This document shows positions 50,311 to 62,578 of a stretch of 64,000 nucleotides of DNA, piece by piece. The stretch covers positions 2,420,001-2,484,000 of the forward strand of contig CM075995.1 of the NCBI GenBank assembly GCA_038087875.1, written 5' to 3'. The DNA is from Malacoraja senta. Its lineage: Eukaryota. Within the stretch, counting starts at the first letter, position 1. Every line of letters starts with the position of its first letter. A program made the position numbers and the translations under genes. The notes under the pieces are model-generated. The model made no database searches, had not been told where the DNA came from, and saw only the letters and a program-made list of their open reading frames with translations.

Positions 50311-51039
50311 CTCTTCACACTGATTGGAGCAACGGGGAGAAAGCTGGAAAAGAGAGGTGGAGCATGATAAAGCCTGGTAAAGTGATAGGTGGATACAGGT
50401 GAGGGGGGGGGGTGGAATACTGACAAAGGCTGGAGGTGAAAAGGAGACAAAAGGGTGTCGGATAAGGAGAGGAGAGGGGTGAAGTGCAAAGATGGATAGA
50501 GGGATGTGCGTGGAAGGGGACAGAAAAGAGGGGGGGGGAAGGGAAGTGAACTTCGGGTGCTGAGTGTTTAAAAAAGCAGGGGAAAGGAGCAGGGTGACTG
50601 GGGTGTGGGCGGGGAGGGTAGGAGAGGGTGGTAGAAATGGGAACAAACTGAGGTGCGGATGTCAACAAAGGAATAGCTGATGCATGACTCCTCCCAAATT
50701 AAGGGAAGCAATGCGAGGAAGGCTTCTTACCCTTTGCTATGTCAATAGTTTTAGTCAGACTTAAAGAGAAAAAACACCAATATGTCTTGCTGGATTTACC
50801 GATCAGTATATAGCAAAATGAAATAAATACATTTCCTCAAGAAATATGAAAGGAAATGACACCGTCAGCACCATTTGCCCCCAGGTCAATTGGGTTTCTA
50901 ACGATGTCATCATGGTGGGCATGTCTGCAGTTATTAAATTAAATTGAACAATAAGGAGCGACATCCAAACCTTGTTTATTAAACTAAATAAACTCAACAA
51001 ACCCAGCCAGACGTTTAAAAAAACACTAACTAAAGGATG

Positions 51040-51725
51040 TGTCAGAAGAAACTGCAGATGCTGATTTAAACCGAAGATAGACACAAAATGCTGGAATAGG
51101 CAGCATTTCTCGAGACAAGGAATGCGTGAAGTTTTGGGTCGAGACCCTTCTTCAGACTGAGAGTCAGGGGAGAGGGAGATACAGAGATAGGTCTCCAAGA
51201 CCAAGCACAGGCTCGGCGATCGTTTCGCTGAACACCTCCGCTCAGTCCGCCTAAACCTACCCGATCTCCCGGTTGCAAAACTCTTTAACTCCCCCTCCCA
51301 TTCCCACACTGACCTTTCTGTCCTGGGCTTCCTCCATTGTCAGAGAGAGGCCCAGCGCATATTGGAGGAACAGCACCTCATATTTCGCTTGGGCAGCTTC
51401 CAGCCCAGCGGTATGAATATTGACTTCTCTAACTTCAAGTAACCCTTGCATTCCCTCTCTCTCCATCCCCTCCCCCTTCCCAGTTCTCCGACCCATCTGA
51501 CTGTCTCTGATTATTTTATCTCTGCTTTATCGTCACCTTGTCCTTGCTAACAATGAACTATTCTACATGTTCCTTGATCTCCATCCCCTTTGATGTCTCG
51601 TTCTCACAACTTACACTTCCTTATCTCTGTATTTCCCCCTCCCCTGACTCTCAGTCTGAAGAAGGGTCTCGACCCGAAATGTCACCCATTCCTTATCTCC
51701 GGAGATGCTGCCTGTCCCGCTGACA
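51040..51725 (+). mobile_element. PLE with inverted 5' pLTR, GIY-YIG fragment, pLTR and 12-bp TSD
   Basis: TSD aactaaaggatg at 51028-51039 / 51726-51737; RLGDRFAEHLRSV-coding segment at about 51210-51250; hammerhead-like cores on both strands. Confidence 0.88.
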
Positions 51726-52314
51726 AACTAAAGGATGATTTGCTCACTTGCTCTGCCAATACTTAATTTTCACTCAATTCATGTGCAGACACGTTGCAAT
51801 AATCACAACACCTCGATGCTTAGGATCGGACGTTACTGGCTTTACCTTACACTAAACGTTATTCCTTTACCAAGTATCTATACACTGTAAATGGCTCGAT
51901 TGTAATCGTGTATTGTCTTTCCGCTGACTGGATAGCACGCAACAAAAGCTTTTCACTGTACACGATCTCGGTACACGTGATAATAAACTAAACTGCTGCA
52001 ATGTTATAAGATTGATGAGCCTGCACATCAGTGTGGTACAACTGTGGCATGGGACTTCATCAGAGCAGTGTGACATATAGTGGGTTGACACATGCACGAG
52101 AGACTTCTTTTTCCTCTTTCCCTGATGTTTTCATTCACATGCACAGCAATCTTTACAGCAATTGTTCTCTGGGTGCCATGTGGGACGTCTTTTAATGTCT
52201 GACCTCCTTCCCTGAGATCAGTGCAGAAATGATACAGCAACTCCGAGTTCTGTGGACAGCCCCCCGATGGAAATTATTCTACTGCATGAATGGGTGACAA
52301 AATGCCCTCGTAAG

Positions 52315-52970
52315 ACCATAAGACATAGGAGTAGAATGCGGCCATTTGGCCCATCAAGTCTGCTCCGCCATTCAATCATTGCTGATCCAATGACTTGATC
52401 TCCAAATCCCTCTGACTAAATAATTTTTTCCTCATCTCCTTTCTAAAGTGGGACAGGCAACCTCCTTTCATTCTGAGTCTGTTCCCTCTGGTCCTGGACT
52501 CTCCCACTAGTGGAAACATCCTCTCCACAATTGCCAGGACTCGTGGGTCTGAGCTATAGGGAGAGATTAAGCAGGCTGGGACTCTATTCCTTGGAGCACA
52601 GGAGAATGAAGGGTGATCTTATAGAGGTGTATAAAATCCTGAGAGGAATAGATCGGGTATTCCTCTCAGGAAGAGCCTCGTGCCCAGAGTTGGGGAATCG
52701 AGAACAAGAGGACATGGGTTTAAGGTGAAGGAGGAAAGATTTTAATGGAATCTGAGGGGTAACATTTTGACACAAAGGGTGGTAGGTGTATGAAACAAGC
52801 TACCAGAGGAGGTAGGTGGGGCAGGTGCATGGATAGGAGAAGATTAACGGGATATGGGTCAAACGCAGGTAGGTGGGACTAGTGGAGATGGGACATGTTG
52901 GTTGATGTGGACAAGTTGGGCCGAAGGGCCCGTTTCCACGCTGTATGACTCTAAGACTATGACTCTATAA
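52315..52970. mobile_element. Two CR1 3' fragments in opposite orientation
   Basis: Minus piece at 52315-52528; plus piece LPGLVGLSYRERLSRLGLYSLE at 52530-52970. Confidence 0.8.
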
Positions 52971-53333
52971 TTGTATTCAACTGGTTGTGTCTCACAGCAG
53001 ATTTCACTACTCAGCAGTTACAGCTGCAGGACGATGATCGGTAAAACCTAGCCAAAGCTTATCATTTTTCAGAGCCTAGTCACAGGAAGTAATAGGATTG
53101 GGAGACCAGCCAATTTGGGGCAACTTCTTTGAAAAAGCAGGTGGACAGGAGGAGCTGGAAGAAGCTGCTTTATTATGTGGGGATAAGTATACAACAAAAG
53201 GGCCCGACAAAAAGATCTTATTTTAAATGCCAGTGTCGTTCAGGAAAATTTAGTTTTGTTGACCAATCAGTTAAACTATTCAATTTCTAGGAAACCTTTT
53301 TTTCAAAGAGAGCAAATATATTATTATTAAAAC

Positions 53334-53738
53334 GTTCTTCCAAGATGGCACCATTTTCTTCCAAGATGGCACCCTTCCATACGACTATCTGCGTGCTAGC
53401 CACTGCAGCAGATCTACAAACTCATATTACAATCGCTCCACACCCTTAAATCTCGACTCCCACAGCAATATTTCTTACTTCAACTGTGATCTTCTTAAAC
53501 GACTCCCTTATCATGTATCTATACACTGTAAATGGCTCGATTGTAATCACTGACAAAAATGCTGGAGAAACTCAGTGGATGAGGCAGCATCTATGGAGCG
53601 AAGGAAATAGGCCGAAACCCTTCTTCAGACTCCATTGTAATCACGTGTTGTCTTTCTTCTGACTGAATAGCACGCAACAAAAGCTTTTCACTGTACCTCG
53701 GTACACGTGACAATAAACTAAACTGAAACTGAAAATGA
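53334..53738 (+). mobile_element. Short bipartite Rex1/Babar-derived element with a nested PLE piece and 38-bp TSD
   Basis: Starts with a duplicated ttcttccaagatggcac (YY1-like) and ends with the Rex 3' tail. Flanks 53296-53333 / 53739-53776 match at 36 of 38 positions. Confidence 0.65.
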
Positions 53739-54169
53739 CTTTTTCTCAAAGGGAGCAAATATATTATTATTAAAACTTGTTCTACAGGGAAAATATATTT
53801 AGTAGACAGGAATATAATGAAATTCAAAGGTGATATGCATGAAATGCGACAAATTTAATTAATATAAGCATTCATTTAAGCATCAATGAGAAATATATTA
53901 ACTTGGCCTCATGTTCGGCACAAACATTGTGGGCTGAAGGGCTCGTTCTTCTATGATCTATGTTCTATATTGGGGGATATTGATTGAATGGAAATCATTA
54001 AATGTAAAGGTGTGTTTTGATCTTAAAAAGGAGGTTTTCATTCCAATGTTTTTATTCTGAACTCCAAATGTTCAACAAGTGACTTGGAACTGCCAGTGGA
54101 CTTTTTGCTCTGCATTTATTAATATTCACATACACGAAAATTAAGTGCTACGAGAAAGAAAAGCAAAAG

Positions 54170-54378
54170 ATAGACACAAAAAAGCTGGAGTAACTCAGCG
54201 GGACAGGCAGCATCTCGGAAGAGAAGGAATGGGTGACGTTTCAGGCCGAGACCCTTCTTTCTCGACCCAAAACCTCATCCATCCCTTCTCTCCAGGGACG
54301 CAGCCTGTCCCGCTGAGTTACTCCAGCGTTTTTTGTCCAACTTCTTTCTGAAACCAACAGCTGCAGTTCCTTCCTACA
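54170..54378. mobile_element. Palindromic PLE mini-element
   Basis: Inverted pLTR ends as at 13786 and 17031. Confidence 0.75.
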
Positions 54379-55317
54379 AGAGAAAGAAACGCAGACAGGC
54401 GAGCTGGCTGCAGGACCGTCTCAACACGAGAAAGGCTCAAGGCAAAATACAACAACATGATTTTTTTTTTTTGAAGGAACTCTCTAGTTGAGAGGGAGAG
54501 ACACCATTGCCCGCAGTTATCTGGCATGCTGCCCTAATGACAATGGGCTGACATCCCTTCCCTGTGTAATACAGTGGTTACATATCAGATCACTGCAGAC
54601 AGTGCAGGCTGAGGGCAAAGGAAAGAAGAGCTTTAACTAAATGGGGCCTGCCATAAACAACAGTTTGAACAGAGTAATTTGATGCACTGAGTGCTTCGGC
54701 TTCGCCAGATGCTAGACTCGGCTTGTGGTGGTAAGATAAGGCTGGACTGTTTACTTCAGAGAATACAGTATGGCAGAACAAAGCTGTAAAATAAACCTTA
54801 CGATGCAAATGTGAAAATAATCCACAAAGCTCCTTAAGCGCACCCATTTCCATCTAATCTGTTGGAAACAAGCCGGCGAGGAATATTTATATTAAATACA
54901 GACAGCTGGCAAACTGAGAGCTTAATGTTCTTCATCTAAATGTGGTTATTTTGCAGTCACTAACATTAAATATTGAGTGTGCCTTGAACTATTTTGTTTA
55001 TTAAACTCTTCCAAATAATACTGACAAATTAAAATTATCTGTGCTGAATGTTTTTCCCTCAAATAAAATATGTCGAATATATCACCTGATTTATCCAAAT
55101 TTTAGAAAGCAAATTCTCCTTTATTCCAGTGAGGAACTCAGAATTTTGCTTCTGCAATCCTTGGAAACTCTCAGAAACTTTTCCGTCGGTGAACTATGAA
55201 GGCTTTCCGTTCATTACTAGCGTAACATGTGAATGATGCCCAGAAAGTCTCATACACAAGCACATTCCTGAAATATACACAAAATGATGGAATAACTTAG
55301 TGGGTCAGGCAGCATCT

Positions 55318-55688
55318 CTTAAGGGGTTGGACAAGCTAGATGCAGGAAGATTGTTCCCGATGTTGGGGAAGTCCAGAACAAGGGGTCACAGTTTAAGAAT
55401 AAGGGTGAAATCTTTTAGGACTGAGATGAGAAAAACATTTTTCACACAGAGAGTGGTGAATCTGTGGAATTCTCTGCCACAGAAGGTAGTTGAGGCCAGT
55501 TCATTGGCTGTATTTAAGAAGGAGTTAGATGTGGCCCTTGTGGCTAAAGGGATCAGGGGGTATGGAGAGAAGGCAGGTACAGGATACTGAGTTGGATGAT
55601 CGGCCATGATCATATTGAATGGCGGTGCAGACTCGAAGGGCCGAATGGCCTACTCCTGCACCTATTTTCTATGTTTCTATGTTTCTAG
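55318..55688 (+). mobile_element. Young CR1 3' end (same subfamily as 1-534), inserted in a PLE pLTR
   Basis: GLDKLDAGRLFPMLGKSRTRGHSL..GIRGYGEKAGTGY and (TCTATGTT)n tail. Confidence 0.9.
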
Positions 55689-55689
55689 A

Positions 55690-56160
55690 GAAATGGAATA
55701 GGTGACGTGTTGGGTCGAGACCCTTCTTCAGACTGAATCAGGGGAGATGGAACCGAGAGATATGAAAAGGTATATTGAACAAATAATTGAAAGATATGCA
55801 AAAAAAAGACAGATCAAAGAGAGCAACGAAGATCAATGAAAGGTGGAACCCACAATGGTCCATTGTTGGCTGTGGGGAAGGTGATAATGAGTAATACAGT
55901 GAAACTCAGCAGGATGACAGTGAAACTAGTATGATGCCTAGGGTGGAAGAGGGACGGAGAGAACGGGGACGCAAGGGTTCTGTGAAGTTAGAGAAAGCTG
56001 CCAAAGCAAAATATGAGGTGCTGTTCCTCCACTTTGCATTTGGCCTCACTCTGACAGTGGAGGAGGCCCCGGACAGAAAGGTCAGTATGGGAATCTGAAG
56101 GGGAGTTAAAGTGTTTGGCAACCGGGAGATCGCGTAGGCCAAGGCGGATTGAGCGAAGGT
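55690..56160 (-). mobile_element. PLE 3' fragment
   Basis: HLRSIRLGLRDLPVAKHFNSPSDSHTDLSVRGLLHCQSE. Confidence 0.82.
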
Positions 56161-56164
56161 GTTT

Positions 56165-56575
56165 GGAAAAATGATCGAACACTGCCCAGTCCATCATGCC
56201 ATCCCCACCATCGAAGGGATCTACAAGAGTCGCTGCCTCAAGAGGGCAGACAGCATCATCAGAGCCACACACCACCCTGGCCACACACTAATTTCACTCC
56301 TGCCATCAGGAAAAAGGTATTGGAGCCTGAAAACTGGAACGCCCTGGTTCAAGAGCAGCTTCTTCCCTACAACCATCTGTCTATTAAACACTATAATCTC
56401 CAAATAGACTCCGAACTACATAAACTTGGGGCATTATTTTTGACTTTGCACTAATGTTGTTTGTCTGTTTAATACTGAACTTATTATGGTTTTTACAATG
56501 TTTACATATATGTTGTGCTGCTGCAAGTAAGAATATCATTGTTCCGTTTTGGGGCATATGACAATAAAACACTTA
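56165..56575 (+). mobile_element. Rex1/Babar 3' fragment
   Basis: IYKSRCLKRADSIIR..HPGHTLISLLPSGKRY..FKSSFFP. Confidence 0.82.
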
Positions 56576-56597
56576 TGATCTGCCCATATAGGACTTA

Positions 56598-56904
56598 AGG
56601 GCCTGTCCCACTGTACGTGGTAATTCAAGAGCTCTCCCGAGTTTAAAAAAAAATCAAACTCGTGGTAAGCACGTAGAATGTACGTAGCGGGTACGACGGA
56701 GCTCGGGACGTCTCTTAGCGGCTCGTAACGCTAACGGCAGGTACTCGGGAAACGCGGTAAGCTCGTGAAGATTTTTCAACGTGTTGAAAAATGTCCACGA
56801 GAGCCCCGAGTACCTATGAGCGGCTATTACCGTAATTCTCCGAGTTCGAATCAGGGTAAACTCGGGAGAACTCTTGAATTAGCTAGTACAGTGAGACAGC
56901 CCCT
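56598..56904. mobile_element. PIF/Harbinger-like MITE
   Basis: TIR AGGGCCTGTCCCACT / AGTGAGACAGCCCCT; TTA on both sides. Confidence 0.8.
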
Positions 56905-58119
56905 TTAACCTGACCCCAAAACTGGAGTAGCAGCACCTCATGTTTCACTCTTGGGGAGTTCTCAACCCAATGGTATGAACAGAGTTCTCCAATTTTAGAT
57001 AACCTACCAACAAACACCCTTCCCCTATTCAAGCCCCCTCCCTCCCTTCCCTGTGCCCTGTGCCCCACCTGCATGTGCACCCATTATTTCCACAATCACC
57101 CCCCCCCCATTTCCCCTTCCCCCTCATCCCCTTCCATCCAGATCTCTTCCCTGACTTCATATTTCACGCCTATCCTCTCGTCTCCTTTTCTCACACCATT
57201 TGCCTTTTCAACTGTGGACTTTGTCCAACCATCTGTGAATCAACCCCTTCTCCCTCTCCCCCCCCCCCCCCACCCCCTCACCTCTATCCCGCTATCACTT
57301 GCCTCGCTTTGGCCTATCCCCATCAGTTTGCACCCCCCTACTACAATCAGTCTGAAAAATGGTACCAAGCGGAAACGTTGCCTATTTATGTCCTCCAGAG
57401 ATGCTGCTTGATCGGCTGAGTTACTCCAGCACTTTGAATCTTTTTTTGTAAACCAGCATCTACAGGACACTGTGTTGACACTTTTTTTTTTGTCTCAGCA
57501 CACGTAGGTAGTGCATTCATAGATAGTTTAACATCCCAGAAATCGCCAAAATTCACACTTTCCACTCAATCAAGACCAGAGCAGTCAACCCACCCAATTC
57601 TTCCAGCCTTCTCTTGTCTTGCACGACCTCAATTTCTTACTCTAGTCATAGAGTCTCACTGCGTGGAAACGGGCCCTTCGGCCCAACTTGCCCACACCGG
57701 CAAGCATGTCCCATCTACACTCGTCTCACCTACCTGCATTTGGCCCATATCTCTCGAAATCTGTCCGATCCAGTTACCTGTCTAAATGTTTCTTAAACAT
57801 TTACTGCCTTTACTGTGGCTGTAGCTGAGATCATGCAGAAACCAGACTTGTTACCCTTCTAGTTTCCATGATGTAATACCAAGCCTCAATGCTCCAGTGG
57901 AAGCACGGCGATCCCTCGCAGCTCTGCCTGAAGCCCCTGTTATTCCATTTTACGAGGCAGCACTTTTGTCATTAGTTCTTGAAGGAGAAAAAGCAGTGGC
58001 CTGTACAGTTACCTGCTGGTCTGAGTTAGTGAAGGGATAAATTACAGTCTTTTTATGGTGAGCATGTTAAATATTCAGACTAATTTTCCAATTTCTGTTA
58101 AAAGTACTGATGTACTGAA

Positions 58120-59170
58120 GGGCGGATGGTGGTGCAGCGGTAGAGTTGCTGCCTTACAGCGCCAGAGACCCAGGTTCGATCCTGACTATGGGTGCTGGCT
58201 CTACGTGGTTTGTATGTTCTCTCCTTCACCTGCGTGGGTTTTCCCCGGGTGCTCCGGTTTACTCCCACACTCCAAAGACGTAAAGGCTTGTAGGCTAATT
58301 GGCTTGGTAAACTTGTAAATTGTCCCTGGTGTGTAGGTTAATGTTAGTGTGCGGGGATCGCTGGTCGGCATGGGCTCGATGGGCCGAAGGTCCTGTTTCC
58401 GTGCTGTATCTCTAAACTAACCTAAACTAAAGTAACCTTTGGATTTGGAAGAATAAAACTGACATTCCAATTGAATGAAACAGATACTGTGTACTTTCCA
58501 GGCCCCATATACTGCTATCAATATATTTGTTTTCTCCTTTGTTTTCCCCATAATATTTTTTTTGTCAGAGGGCAAGCAAGCAGTTTTTTTGTTTCTCTCA
58601 TGCCATTCTCAAATGGGAAGGACCACATAGCTGGCTTTGCAGTTTCAACTTTAGTTTAGTTTCATTTAGTGTAGTTTATTGTCACGTGTACCGAGGTATA
58701 GCGAAAAGCTTTTGATGCGTGCTAACAAATCAGTGGAAAGACAATTCATGATTACAATCGAGCCATCCACAGTGTATAGATGCATGATCAATGGAATAAC
58801 GTGTATCACGTTTCATACAAGATCAAGTCCAGTAAACTCCAAACTAAGATAGTCCGAGGGTCTCCAATGAGGTAGATAGTCATTAAGGACTACTCTCCAG
58901 TTGTTGGTAGGGATGGTTCAGTTGCCTGATAACAGCTGGGAAGGAACTGTCCTGAATCTGGAGGTGAGCGTTTTCACACTTCTATTCATTTTGCCTGATG
59001 GGAGAGGGGAGAAAGAGAGAGTGGCCAGGGTGTGACTTGGCCCTTGATTATGCTGCTGGCTTTGCCGAGGCAGCGTGAGGTGTAAATAGGTTTGATGGAA
59101 GGGAGATTTATGTGTGATGGTCAGGGCTGCGTCCACGATTCTCTGCAATTATCTGCGGTCTTGGATGGAG
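58120..59170. mobile_element. V-SINE (plus, 58120-58430) and Rex1/Babar 3' fragment (minus, about 58655-59170)
   Basis: SINE motifs; FSPLPSGKMNRSVKTLTSRFR frame. Confidence 0.8.
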
Positions 59171-59194
59171 TGGGTAATCAGAAACTTTGGCACA

Positions 59195-59850
59195 ACTTGT
59201 CCATGCCCATCACAATGCCCCATCTAAGCTCATCCCATTTGCTCGCATTTGGCCCATATCCTTCTTAACCTTTTCTACCCATGTACTGCCCAAGTGTCTT
59301 TGAAATGTTGTTTTTGTACCTGCATCAGCAAACCTCCTCTGGCAGCTCGTTCCACATACCCACAAACCCCTCAGGTTTCTATGAACTATTTTCCTTCTCA
59401 ATTTAAACCTATGGCCTCTAGTTCTTGATTCCCCTACCCTGAGATTAAGTCCATGTGCATTCACTCCAAACACTCACCTCTTGATTATTTACACCCTGAT
59501 AAGATCATCCCACCCCCCCCCCCCCAATAGTGTGGAAACAGGCCCTTTGGCCCAACTTGCCCACAACGACCAACATGTCCCATCTACACTAGACCCACTT
59601 ACCTGTGTTTAACCCACATCCCTCTAAACCTTTCCTATCCATGTGCCTGTCTAACTGCTTCTTAAATGTTGCGATAGTCCCTGCCTCAACTACAGCCACC
59701 GGCAGCTTGTTCCATATATCACCACAACTTTGTGTTAAAAAGTTACCCCTCAGATTCCTATAACATCTTTCCCCCTTCGCCTTAAACATAGGCCCTCTGG
59801 TTCATGATGGTGGGACTCTGTGTGTCCACCCGATCTACTCCTCCAGAATT
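59195..59850 (-). mobile_element. Two tandem CR1 3' fragments
   Basis: GESRTRGHRFKL and RNLRGNFLTQ..WNKLP frames. Confidence 0.75.
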
Positions 59851-60214
59851 GAAGAACAGTTTGGCATACTTTTTTGCATTGTCTTGTAACTCTGTGGACT
59901 TATCGTTTGTCCGATGATGAGATGGGCTGGCCTCCTGACAAGGGAGGAATGCCAAGTCAGATTGGCTGATGGCCTGTGTTGTATGAATGATTTGTGCTAA
60001 AGCGCTTAGTCACCAGGAGGATGCACGCTTGCCAATGGGGCAGATGACAGATGGCATGGCCTGTAGTCGTCTTCCATCTGTGTCAACTCAGAAGTAAGTT
60101 GAAGCCACAGTCTGTTAGACGACCATCCTGCAAGGTGCTGTGTGACTTCATCTCTTGTGATGTGCCAGGCATTAAATCTGCATCAAGAGTGGGAAAACTA
60201 TAAACTGAGCTACT

Positions 60215-60660
60215 TTAGTTTAGTTTAGTTTAATTTAGTTTAGTTTAGAGATACAGCACGGAAAGAGGTCCTTCGGCCCACTGAGTCCGCACCGGCCACA
60301 TTAACACTACCCTACACACACTAGTCAAGTCACTTTTATTTCTATAGCACATTTAAAAAACAACTCTCGTTGACCAAAGTGCTTTACATTGGTGGAGGTA
60401 CTAACGTTATTCAACAGTGGTTCATAGATACAACAGTGGTTCATAGACACTAGGGATGATTTTACATTTTGTACCAAGCCAATTAACCTACAAACCTGGA
60501 CATCTTTGGAATGTGGGAGGAAACCGAAGATCTCGGAGAAAACCCACGCAGGTCACGGGCAGAACGTACAAACTCCGTACAGACAAGCACCCATAGTCAG
60601 GATTGAACCGGGTCTCCGGCGCTGTAAGGCAGCAACTATATCGCCGCGACAACGTGCCGC
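60215..60660 (-). mobile_element. V-SINE with an inserted L2-like tail (about 60325-60446)
   Basis: acactag duplicated on both sides of the insert; 17-bp tandem caacagtggttcataga at its 5' junction. Confidence 0.75.
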
Positions 60661-61505
60661 CTGTAACTTCTTTGGGAGCCATTTGTCAAAAGCGACTTGT
60701 GAGGAGAGACTTTGATTGCACAACATTTCTGAAAGCTGTAAAACTGAAGAAGAAAGGCAATGTTACATTGAATTTTACAAGGTTTTCAAATTGGTACCCA
60801 TGGATTTCATTAAGCAGCTTAAAGCTTAGCACAAAGTGCCTGGCCAAAATCAAGGAATATCGTTTAAGGAGATGCCCGGAGAAAGTTTTTTTTTACATAG
60901 CGTGTGGTGGGTTCCTGAAACATGCAGCCATTGGTGATGGTGGAGGCAAAGTGGCGTTTAAGAGGCTTTTAGATCGGCACATCGATATGTAGGGACTAGA
61001 AGGATATGGCTCATGTGCATGCAGATGAGATTATCTTGGCATCATGTTCGGCACAGACATGTGGGCCGAAGGGCCTGTTCCGGTGCTGTACTGTTCTATG
61101 TTTAGATTCTAGCTTCATGAATGATTTTAAAATTTAGCTTCTCGAGTCGGAGATAGAATCATAGAGTTATACAGTGTGGAAACAAGCCCTTCGGCCCAAC
61201 TTGCCCACACCAACATCTCCTATCTACACCAGTCCCTCCTGCCTGCATTTGGCCCATATCCCTCTAAACATGGTGAATCTGTGGAATTCCTTGCCACAGA
61301 AGGCTGTGGAGGCCAAGTCAGAGGATATACTTAAGGCAGAGATAGATAGATTCTTGATTAGTACGGGTGTTAGAGGTTATGGTGACAAGGCAGGAAATGG
61401 GGTTGGGAGGGAGAGATAGATCAGCCATGATTGAATAGCGAAGTAGACTTGATAGGTCGAATGGCCTATTTCTGCTCCTATCTCTTATGATCGTATGGTC
61501 TAAAC

Positions 61506-61697
61506 CAGTGGTTCTTAATCTTTTTGGCACCAGTATGAGCATACGCAAACAAAATACTGTATTTGGTATGTACCTTTGTTAGGTTCCTAAACATGGGCTC
61601 AACAAATTGATATGTTATTTGTGTCCCCTTCATGACCCCCGGCAAAGCCCCAAATGACCCCCATAGGGGGTCACGACCCCCAGGTTAAGAACCACTG
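61506..61697. mobile_element. hAT (Charlie-like) MITE
   Basis: 13-bp TIR CAGTGGTTCTTAA / TTAAGAACCACTG; perfect 8-bp TSD GTCTAAAC at 61498-61505 / 61698-61705. Confidence 0.88.
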
Positions 61698-62345
61698 GTC
61701 TAAACCCAGTAAAGATTTCCCAGTAAAGATAAATGTCAGAGAATATATCCCTCTGAAAAGGGCTTTTCTGTCCTGTAGTTAGAACATCAGGTCAGTAAAG
61801 TCCAATATTCTAAGACAGAGGGAGTCGACATTGCAGTGGATTCCCATGAAGTTTACCAGCTACCGAGCTCTAAGATGGAACTTACTGTTGGAAAATATTA
61901 CTTGGCCCCAAACCAGCCTGGAAGCTAATACCTGAAATGTTACAGTAGTCTTACTTGGATGGCAATGAAAGATGACCACTGTTCTTTGCTTCGAACATTT
62001 GCCATTTAAAGTCAACGTACATTCCTGACATTAATGTGACCCGAAATGAACGGAACTCCAGATCAAGCGAAGACAAGCTTTATTTATGTGAGCTTTGCTG
62101 CCTTAGTTTAAGACTTTTTCCCCCCATCAAAATAACAGATTTCAGTTATCTAAGAAGGGCTTTTCTTTGGGTAGATTACACAAAACTGCAGAACATAGAA
62201 AAGCACAGCGCAGGAAAGGGCCCTTCGGCCCATAATGCCCGTGCTAAATATGATGCCAAATTAAACTAATTCCTTCAGCTTGCACGTTCGCTCCGTTCCG
62301 CGGACCACCATATTCATGCGTAATATGCATGTTCCTTGCATATCT

Positions 62346-62468
62346 TCTTCTTCTTACGTACAGCGTGCACAGCCTAAAGTGTGAGGACAACTTGTTCTAT
62401 TTGATCTTATTTGATTGTGCATACCGTCGAAACAGGGCGGACCACGTGAAGGTTGCAATATCCCACCC
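62346..62468 (-). mobile_element. Short non-autonomous retroposon, Vingi/Ingi-like
   Basis: 12-bp TSD ccttgcatatct at 62334-62345 / 62469-62480; G-rich 5' end and tacgt(aag)n 3' end. Confidence 0.6.
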
Positions 62469-62578
62469 CCTTGCATATCTAAAAGCCTCTTAAATACCAC
62501 CATTGTATTTGCTTCCACCATCAATTCCAGCCATCGACCACACTCAATGTAAAAAACGTATTCTTCACATCTCCTTTA

